Shown: positions 15,006 to 22,396 of the stretch, one piece after another
How positions within the stretch are numbered: the stretch's first letter is position 1
How the letters are laid out: each line of letters opens with the position of its first letter
Source of the DNA: an uncultured Acetobacteraceae bacterium
Lineage (GTDB): Bacteria; Pseudomonadota; Alphaproteobacteria; Acetobacterales; Acetobacteraceae
Reading direction: 5' to 3'
Assembly (NCBI GenBank): GCA_903918195.1
Contig: CAIXDS010000071.1
Location: forward strand, 1-24,000
DNA: 24,000 bases
Made by a program: the position numbers and the translations under genes
The notes under the pieces: model-generated
The model's database searches: none
What the model was told of the DNA's origin: nothing
The model's input: only the letters and a program-made list of their open reading frames with translations

Positions 15006-16314
15006 GGCCCAGATACGAGACTTCTTTGCGAGGGTACGCGGCATTGCCGAGGCGACGCGACTGGCGGGATCAGCGATCGCCCGCGCAGTTGCTCCGCGTT
15101 TCTGCCCTGTTGCGCTGTTTTATCCGAACGAAACTGACCTGAGTCGCGTGCTCGCATTCCTGATTGATCCGACCGCCAATCACGGGCAGGGAACGATGTT
15201 TCTGCGTCTCTTTCTTGATGTCGTTGGGTTGCCTGAATGCGACGATCGGGAGGACGGGATTGACGTTTCGACAGAATATGTTTTGAGTCCCAGTTTGCGT
15301 CGCGCCGATATCGCTGTCAGTTATACCCGTCTGGATAGGCAACGAATTCATTTGCTGATCGAAAATAAGCCGTGGGCTGGCGATGGTGTAGATCAGCTTT
15401 CTGATTATTCGAAATACCTGAAAACTAAATATCAGTCTACGCCATGGGCAATTGTTTATATTCCATCGACGGAGCGCGACCCTGGCGCGCACTCCGTCGA
15501 TGAGAACTGCTTCCAAACCCTTATCGCGAATCGTAGTTTATTTATCTTACCGTATGTGTCGAAGCAAAGAGAGAGATCGATTCAGGAATGGCTCAAACGC
15601 TGTGAAGCAACCTGCGAGGCTGAGGAGCCTCGGCGTTTTATTGGTGCCTTCAGGCGCTATCTTGCAGAGAATGTTCCAGATACTGGAGTTGTTCAGATGA
15701 GCGATGCCGAACGGTCGGTTGCGCAGATTTTGCTGAAGTTCTTGCAGGAACGCGACGAAGATATAAATATCGCACTGGAGGTACCAAAGGCGCTCGCCAG
15801 CCTTCGGAATGATCTGGCCAAGAAGATTGGGGATCGGATCACGGAGGGGATAAGAAGCAGGTTGCAGGGTGGTGACTGGCAGATCGAATCGAACTTTACG
15901 ACCGAGCAGTGGGCCGGCTTGGGCATTTACCGTTCTCGTTGGCCAAAGGGAATGACAAAGAAAAATCAAGAAAGTCAGTGTTTCGTTGGTATCGAGTTTC
16001 ATGGCAGCTTTAAACAGGCCCACTACGGTGTGGCGGGGCACAGAGATATGCTTGGGGAGCTCAGGGGACCTATCAGGGAGGCTGCGAGCGAGTATTTGCG
16101 GCTCGCCGGGGACCGGGATTGGTGGCCAGCCATATTAAATTTCGAACAGCCATTGGCCGATTGGCTATCGGATGAGTTCCTGCACTTCGCCCGACGCGTA
16201 CTGCGCGACGAGGAAGAGTCGTCGGCTGTTGTCAACAATTTGGTTACATGTATTGTTGAGGTTGCCAAGAAAGTCGACGAAGTGGTCACCAGGATGCAGC
16301 CCGATAAGGCGTGA
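14995..16314 (+). CDS. PD-(D/E)xK nuclease superfamily protein (PDDEXK_4-like N-terminal domain, unassigned C-terminal half)
   Basis: ORF 14911-16314; ATG 14995 has GGAAGG 7 nt upstream and overlaps the WYL gene end by 11 nt. 'ETDLSRVLAFLIDPTANHGQGTMFLRLFL' is followed by the nuclease core 'RRADIAVSY...RIHLLIENKPWAGDGVDQLSDY' (Asp codon 15307-15309, E-N-K 15361-15369). Sampled blocks are about 47-52% GC. 439 aa. Confidence 0.75.
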   Translation: MPDEAQIRDFFARVRGIAEATRLAGSAIARAVAPRFCPVALFYPNETDLSRVLAFLIDPTANHGQGTMFLRLFLDVVGLPECDDREDGIDVSTEYVLSPSLRRADIAVSYTRLDRQRIHLLIENKPWAGDGVDQLSDYSKYLKTKYQSTPWAIVYIPSTERDPGAHSVDENCFQTLIANRSLFILPYVSKQRERSIQEWLKRCEATCEAEEPRRFIGAFRRYLAENVPDTGVVQMSDAERSVAQILLKFLQERDEDINIALEVPKALASLRNDLAKKIGDRITEGIRSRLQGGDWQIESNFTTEQWAGLGIYRSRWPKGMTKKNQESQCFVGIEFHGSFKQAHYGVAGHRDMLGELRGPIREAASEYLRLAGDRDWWPAILNFEQPLADWLSDEFLHFARRVLRDEEESSAVVNNLVTCIVEVAKKVDEVVTRMQPDKA

Positions 16315-16336
16315 GCGCTCAGGACGACGGGCGGAT

Positions 16337-19300
16337 CTATTCCGGATCAACCCGCACCATCCGCCCCGACGTCATGAACACCACCAGCCCCCTGGCGGCA
16401 CCAGTGGCGCGGAGATAGGTGCGAACCTGCGCGGCGTACCCGGCGATCGCCGCCGCGTCAGGCGCCACATCGCTCTTCCAGTCGATCACCATTTCCGGCG
16501 CACCGCCGGCCGACAAGGCCACGGCGTCGGCAATGCCGAGAACCACTTCCTCACCGGCGTCGCCGGCCGCAGCGGCGCAGACGTTGAATTCCGGCACCAG
16601 CGAGGCGCGAACGGCGTTGACATCCGGCAAGGCCAGGGTGCGGAGCACGGACGCTGCGAGTTCGGCCGGATCGGCGTCGTCCACCGGCTCGGGACAGGTG
16701 GCCGCGAGTTCGGCGGCACGCACGCGCAGTGCGGCCTCGGTGTCGCCGGTCTCGCCCGTCAGCACCTCCTCCATCAGCTTGTGCAGCACCAGGCCACGCC
16801 CACGCCCGCCCTGGGGCAACGGCGGCGGTTCCGGCTGGTCCGCGGCGTCCAGCACCACCGGCTCCGGGTCCGCCTCGCCGCTTTCCGCCCGGCTCGGCGT
16901 CACCCGCACCAGGCGGGTGGCGCGGGCGGTGATCAGCCCGGCCTCGGTCGTGAAGGTGGCCGCGTCCTGGCCGTTCGCCTCCTCCGTGTGCACCGGCAGA
17001 ACCGAGGGCGGCAGCCCCGCCTGGTCGAACGCCGGCAGCGTCCGGACCTCAAGCGGCACTGCGGCGCTCCAGGCGGAGTCCGAGAGCTTCGCTGCAAACC
17101 GCGGCAACAGCAGCAGGTCGCGCGCCCGCGTCGCCGCCACGTACCACAGGCGCTGGCGTTCCAGGCCCATCTGCGCGGTCTCGTCCGCCAGCGCCGCCGC
17201 GCAGCCGGGCGGGTCCACGCCCAGGATGCGGGCATGCAGCAGCCCGGTGGCGCGATCGAGCACCGGGGGGCGCGGACCGAACACGCCGCCTGATGTGTTC
17301 ACCGGGATCACCACCGCCCATTCCAGCCCTTTGGCTGCATGCATGGTGATCAGCGAGACCGCCTCCTGCTCGGCGTCCGGCCGCGCTTCCTGTGTTCGGG
17401 TCTCTTCCTGCCATTGCGTGCGTATCGCCCGTGCGAAGGCGCCGAGGCCGCGAGTCTCCCAGCCGCGGGCCATCTCCAGGAAGGCATCGACGTTTGCCAG
17501 CGCCCGTTCGGCACCGCGGCCGAAGCGCTGGCGCAGTACCGGGCGGACCCGCATTTCCTCGACCGCCTGCGCCAGCAGGACATAGGGCGTGGTGGCGCGC
17601 GCGCGGCGGGCCAGGCCCTGCAAAATCTCCAGTGTTTCCCTCAGCACCGGCTCGGCGACGTTGACGATGGGCAACCATAGGTTCAGCCGCGCCGGCCTTC
17701 CATCGGCGGCGGGCGGCACCGCTTCCAGCGCGTCGAGCAGCGCTTCCTCCGTCATGCCCACCAGCGGCCCTCGCAACAGCGCGCCGAGCGCCAGCGTGTC
17801 GCGCGCATCCGCGAGTGCCCCGGCCAGCGCGATCAGGTCCTGCACTTCCTGGCGGCGGAAGAACCCTTTTCCCGCCTGCGTCGCCACCGGCAGGAAGCGG
17901 TCCTCAAGAGCGCGCTCGTAGCGCCAGAGATCGGTACCGGTCGGGGCCAGCAGGGCGATGTCGCCGGCCCGGCAGGGGCGCGTCGTTCCGTCCGATCCGC
18001 GCACGGCGAAGGCGCCGATCAGGCGGCGGCAGGTTTCCGCCACTTGGTCCGCCTCGGCGTCGCGCAGCGAAGCGGCGTTTGTCTCGGCAGCTTCAATGTC
18101 CAACGCACAGACGCTGGCGCGCTCGTCGAGCGCCGCCGCGGTGCTGAACAGCGGCGCAAAGCCCGGCTGGCCCGGCGCGCCGAGGGGAGCGGCGAAGCGT
18201 TCGTTCACCCATTCCAGAATCGGCTCCACCGAGCGGAAGTTGCACCCGATCGCCAGCACATTGTCAGGCGCGCCGGCGCGCAGCGCGTCGCGCGCGCGAA
18301 CGTAGGTCGCGACATCGGCGCCACGGAAACGATAGATCGCCTGCTTGGGGTCGCCGACCAGGAACAGCGCCCCGTCGCGCAGCCGCCAGTCGGTCCAGGG
18401 CGCGTCCGTGTGACCGGCCGGCGCGTCGCCGCAGAGCCGCCACAGGATTTCGGCCTGCACCGGGTCGGTGTCCTGGAACTCGTCGACCAGCACGTGGCGG
18501 AACCGGCCGGCCAGCGCGGCGCGCACGGCAGGGTTTCCGGCCAGCAGGTCGCGGGCGCCGTGCAGCAGATCGTCGAAATCGAGCAGCCCGGCGGCGCGCT
18601 TGGTTTCTTGGAAGCGGTCAACGATTGCTTGCAGGTCCGGCGCGAGCCGGGCCAGCAGCGTGCCTGCCGCGGCAGCCCGCAACTCGGCGTGGCCGGTTTT
18701 GCAGGCGGCGTAGAGAGCTGTGGCCTCGTCGTTCAGACGATCGGCCTCAGCCTTGCTGCCTCGGCCGCCCAGCGTCGTCTGCCAGGCGCCTTTCTTGCGA
18801 TAGGCTGCGAACGCACCCGCTGCCGTGCTGCAGGCCTGAGGGACCGGCAGGTACAGCAGCGCGAGAAGCCGCGCGATGTCGCCGGCAGCACCGTCCGGCA
18901 GCCCGGTCAGCAAATCCTCGAGCCCCTCGGCAACTTCCTTGATGAGAGGCTCGCAGATCGGCACGCCATCAACGAAGACCTGCAACGCTGCCACCGCTTG
19001 CCGCAGCGCCGCACAGGCCCCCTCCAGGTCCGGCGCAGGCGGCAGAGTCGCGCCCCGATGCTGGCGCAGCATCTGCGCGAAGCCGGCGATCAGCTCCTCG
19101 GGTTTTCCTTCGTCGAGCAGGAACAACGCCGCCAGCGCATCGTCGCCGGCGGTATCGCTTGCCAGCCGTTCGCGCAGCACCTCCTGCACGGTCTCGTCGA
19201 ACAGCAACGCCGCCTCGCCGGCATCGGCCACGGTGGCACCGGGGTCGGTCCGCGCCTCCACCGGCCAGGGAGTCAGCAACATGCGGCAGAAGCCGTGGAT

Positions 19301-19663
19301 GGTTGTGCAGGCGAGCGCATCGATCCGCGACGCGGCCTGCATCAGCGCCGCGTGTTGCGCCGCGGTCAGCCCCTTTGGCAGCGCCGCTGCCAGATCACGC
19401 GGCACCTCGTTGCGGCAGAGCGCCATCACGAAGCGCTCCACTCGCTCACGCAACTCGCTCGCCGAGGCTTCGGTGAAGCTGATCGCGGCGATGCTCTCGG
19501 GCGCTCGCCCGGCCGCGAGCAGCAAGGCGATGCGCCCGGCCAGCACCGAGGTCTTTCCCGATCCGGCTCCGGCCTCGACAAGCAGCGTGGCATCAAGATC
19601 GGTGAGCGCCCGCAGCCGGCTGGCGGCGTCCGATCGTGCGAGAGTGGCAACGCTTGACATCAC
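16337..19663 (-). CDS. AddA-like UvrD/Rep-family helicase with a C-terminal RecB-type nuclease
   Basis: 1108-aa ORF. Walker A 'EAGAGSGKTSVL', motif II 'VLVDEFQDTDPVQ', motif III 'LFLVGDPKQAIYRFRGA', 'CNFRS', 'ITMHAAKGLEW' and 'LWYVAATRARDLLLL'. C-terminal nuclease 'GIADAVAL...EMVIDWKSD...YAAQVRTYL'. Start is GTG 19663 or ATG 19660, both overlapping the upstream stop (19660-19662). Confidence 0.9.
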   Translation of the reverse strand: MMSSVATLARSDAASRLRALTDLDATLLVEAGAGSGKTSVLAGRIALLLAAGRAPESIAAISFTEASASELRERVERFVMALCRNEVPRDLAAALPKGLTAAQHAALMQAASRIDALACTTIHGFCRMLLTPWPVEARTDPGATVADAGEAALLFDETVQEVLRERLASDTAGDDALAALFLLDEGKPEELIAGFAQMLRQHRGATLPPAPDLEGACAALRQAVAALQVFVDGVPICEPLIKEVAEGLEDLLTGLPDGAAGDIARLLALLYLPVPQACSTAAGAFAAYRKKGAWQTTLGGRGSKAEADRLNDEATALYAACKTGHAELRAAAAGTLLARLAPDLQAIVDRFQETKRAAGLLDFDDLLHGARDLLAGNPAVRAALAGRFRHVLVDEFQDTDPVQAEILWRLCGDAPAGHTDAPWTDWRLRDGALFLVGDPKQAIYRFRGADVATYVRARDALRAGAPDNVLAIGCNFRSVEPILEWVNERFAAPLGAPGQPGFAPLFSTAAALDERASVCALDIEAAETNAASLRDAEADQVAETCRRLIGAFAVRGSDGTTRPCRAGDIALLAPTGTDLWRYERALEDRFLPVATQAGKGFFRRQEVQDLIALAGALADARDTLALGALLRGPLVGMTEEALLDALEAVPPAADGRPARLNLWLPIVNVAEPVLRETLEILQGLARRARATTPYVLLAQAVEEMRVRPVLRQRFGRGAERALANVDAFLEMARGWETRGLGAFARAIRTQWQEETRTQEARPDAEQEAVSLITMHAAKGLEWAVVIPVNTSGGVFGPRPPVLDRATGLLHARILGVDPPGCAAALADETAQMGLERQRLWYVAATRARDLLLLPRFAAKLSDSAWSAAVPLEVRTLPAFDQAGLPPSVLPVHTEEANGQDAATFTTEAGLITARATRLVRVTPSRAESGEADPEPVVLDAADQPEPPPLPQGGRGRGLVLHKLMEEVLTGETGDTEAALRVRAAELAATCPEPVDDADPAELAASVLRTLALPDVNAVRASLVPEFNVCAAAAGDAGEEVVLGIADAVALSAGGAPEMVIDWKSDVAPDAAAIAGYAAQVRTYLRATGAARGLVVFMTSGRMVRVDPE

Positions 19664-22305
19664 GCGGCCTCCCAGATCTCGGCCGCCGGACCGAGCAGGA
19701 CGGCGGCAGCTTCGCGCTTGCGCTCGAAAACACTGCCTTGTTGGGACGGCAAAGCGAAGGCCAAGTCGTCGTAATCGCCTCCGGTGTCAGGCCCGGGCAC
19801 AGCCAGCCCGGCCTGCAGGGCCGCCAGGCTGTGGTTTAGCGCGCTCACCAGCGTGGCGAGCGCTCCGTCGGGATCGGGGAGGGGATAGTACGGTGTCTCA
19901 GATCGCGGATACAGAAGCGCGGCCTCGACCTCCGTTTCCGTCCCAAGCAGCGCGCGCACCGCGGCAATATACAGGCATCGCTGCAGCTCCCCGCCGCCGG
20001 CCAGCACGCGGCCGGCGATGTCGCGCGGCGGGTTGCCGGTCTTGAAATCCACCACCCGCGCTTTGCTGCGGTTGCCGGCGAGATCGAGCCGATCGATCTG
20101 TCCCGTGAGGGCAAGCGACGTCCCGGGGATTTGCACCGGCTGCGCCGCATCCCAGGGCATCGCGCCCTCCGGCGGCTCATCGACGTTGAACGGCACTTCG
20201 GGCCAGGTGGTCTGGCCGTCCAGGGCGCGAAGCGGATGAGAGAGCGCATCGGTTGCGAGCGCGGCGGCCTGGTCGAGTGTCCGCCGCCAAAGCAACGGTG
20301 GCGGCAGAGGCATGCTCGCCTGCCAGCGCAGGCCGATCCGGCCGGCTTCGCCGGCGACCGCAGCGGCGATCTGCTTCGGCTCGTCGCCGGCCGCGTCTTC
20401 CGCTGTCGCCAGCACGCGGAGAGAAGCGGCGATGATCTCATGCGTGAGCGTGCCGAAGGTGAGGGGATCGAGGCGGAACGGCTCGGCCTCTTCGTCGGGC
20501 GCCCGCAGGCCGAGCGCATACTGCCAGACGAAGCCGAGCGGATTGCGCAACAGCTTCTTCAGCGAGGTCGCGGAGTGGTGCCGCGCCAGCACGCGTTGCA
20601 CGGCCGGGTGCCCTGCACGGACCAGACCGTCATGCGGCGTGATGCCTGGGGAGAGCCAGTCGCGCCATACAGCGTCGGCTGCCTGCGCCCGCGGCTTCCT
20701 GGCGAACTCGGCCGGGCGCGCCATCAGCCGGTCAGCCTCGCTCATGGCATGCGAAGGCACGGCGGCGCGGCGCAGGAAACGCGCGCCGGCATCGGGCAGT
20801 AGCGGCGAGCGGCCGAGCAGGCGGCCGGTGGCATCACGGCGGCTGCACGACAGCACCAGTTCGCGCGCCGTTCCGCCGCAGATGCTGGCGAAGTCGCGCC
20901 GGTCGGCCTCGGCGACCGGCAGCACGTCGAGCACGGCGGCGGGGACCAGGCTGGTAGGCAGCAGCGGGTCCTCCCGGCTCTGCCGCGGCCAGGACTGTGC
21001 GTTCAGGCCCAGCAAGCGCACAAACGGACGCGGTGCGGCGGCCAGTTCGGCGGCCGGCCCCCAGATGATGCTGCAGGCCGGATCGGCGGGATCGGTCACA
21101 CGCAGGGAAGAAAGCGACCGTTCGATCGCCGCGGCACTTTCGCGGTCGAGGGCGCGGCGCCACAGCGTGCGGGCGAGGCCGCACAGGATTGTTTCGCCGG
21201 CTTCGGCAGCCGCCTCCGGCCTACGATGCAGCAGCTCGACAACCGGCATCAGCACGGCGGCCACCGCCGCGCCATCCTCGCCGGCGTCGTCGCAGACAAT
21301 CTGCCAGCGGGCCGGGGTTCCGAGCGGCGCACCCTCTGGGAGCACGCGCCGCCAGGTTTCCGGCAGGGCGTGCAGCGCTCCGCCGGCCGGCGCGGCCAGC
21401 GCGACAAGGCGGCGCAGTCGTGCCTGCGACAGGCCCCGCAGCAGGATGTCGGCCAGCGCGGCGGCGGTCTGGCCCTCGCGCGTGAACAAGGCCGGCCGGC
21501 CATGGGCGAAATGCAGCTGCAGGTTGGCGTCGGCCACCGCCGCCTCGACGATGTCGTCGAAGGCGGCCGGCGAGGCGGCAACGATGGCTATCTCCTCGGC
21601 GCGCGCCGCACCGCTGGCAAGCAGGGCGCGTGCCCAGCGCAGGGCCTCGATCACCTCGTGCCGCGCGGTCGCGCAGCTCACAACTGTTGGCGTTGCTGCG
21701 GTGCTGGTGGTCCGGCGGATGGCGACTTCCGTTCCGTCCAGCCAGGCCGGCACCTCGCGCGCCCCGGCGTGCCACGAGACTGGCACATGCGATCCGAGCT
21801 CCAGCAGAAGACCCTGCCAGACCGGCTCCAGCGCCGTCATGCCGTGCACCTCAACCGGGCCGGTGACAACAGGCGCATGGGCGAGCCGCCCCCGTGCCGC
21901 CGCCGCGAGTTCGGCCGGGCGCAGCATGCCGGGCGGGAGGCGCTTCAGCACGTCGGCCTCAAGCGTCGCCAGCGTGGCGAAGCGCGGATGCTCCGCCGCG
22001 CGCGCCTGGAGGTCGATGCAGGCGCGCCAGGCCTTGCCGAGGGTGGACGCGAGCGCGAGTTGCAGACCCGGCAGGTCGCCGATTGGCGCAAGATCCCCAA
22101 GCGGTGCCGCGGCGGGATCCTGCAGCACCTCGCCGAGCGCCGCGGCGAGCGCCTCCGCATCGATCGCGCGCAGAAAGCCGCCAGCCAGCCGAGCCGCCAG
22201 CCCTGGCATGCTCATCACCTGCACGCCATGCTGGCCAGCGCGGGCGGCCTGGAGCCGCGCCTGATCGGCGGCGAGGCGGCCATAGGTTACGATGGTACAG
22301 CGCAT
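19660..22305 (-). CDS. AddB-like PD-(D/E)xK nuclease subunit (no P-loop, no Fe-S cysteine cluster)
   Basis: ORF 19660-22344; start placed at ATG 22305 (GGAGA about 9 nt upstream), alternatives 22338/22344. C-terminal RecB nuclease motif 'GQIDRLDLAGNRSKARVVDFKTG...ELQRCLYIAAV'. Long helicase-like but Walker-less N-terminal body. Immediately upstream of, and overlapping, the AddA-like gene. Confidence 0.8.
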   Translation of the reverse strand: MRCTIVTYGRLAADQARLQAARAGQHGVQVMSMPGLAARLAGGFLRAIDAEALAAALGEVLQDPAAAPLGDLAPIGDLPGLQLALASTLGKAWRACIDLQARAAEHPRFATLATLEADVLKRLPPGMLRPAELAAAARGRLAHAPVVTGPVEVHGMTALEPVWQGLLLELGSHVPVSWHAGAREVPAWLDGTEVAIRRTTSTAATPTVVSCATARHEVIEALRWARALLASGAARAEEIAIVAASPAAFDDIVEAAVADANLQLHFAHGRPALFTREGQTAAALADILLRGLSQARLRRLVALAAPAGGALHALPETWRRVLPEGAPLGTPARWQIVCDDAGEDGAAVAAVLMPVVELLHRRPEAAAEAGETILCGLARTLWRRALDRESAAAIERSLSSLRVTDPADPACSIIWGPAAELAAAPRPFVRLLGLNAQSWPRQSREDPLLPTSLVPAAVLDVLPVAEADRRDFASICGGTARELVLSCSRRDATGRLLGRSPLLPDAGARFLRRAAVPSHAMSEADRLMARPAEFARKPRAQAADAVWRDWLSPGITPHDGLVRAGHPAVQRVLARHHSATSLKKLLRNPLGFVWQYALGLRAPDEEAEPFRLDPLTFGTLTHEIIAASLRVLATAEDAAGDEPKQIAAAVAGEAGRIGLRWQASMPLPPPLLWRRTLDQAAALATDALSHPLRALDGQTTWPEVPFNVDEPPEGAMPWDAAQPVQIPGTSLALTGQIDRLDLAGNRSKARVVDFKTGNPPRDIAGRVLAGGGELQRCLYIAAVRALLGTETEVEAALLYPRSETPYYPLPDPDGALATLVSALNHSLAALQAGLAVPGPDTGGDYDDLAFALPSQQGSVFERKREAAAVLLGPAAEIWEAA

Positions 22306-22396
22306 TATTTCGGGTCTCCGAGGTGCGACGGCGCTCATTCCCACGATTTCTTAGCATGATCCGGCATCCGAACCGCTGCAGCCGGCATCGATATTC

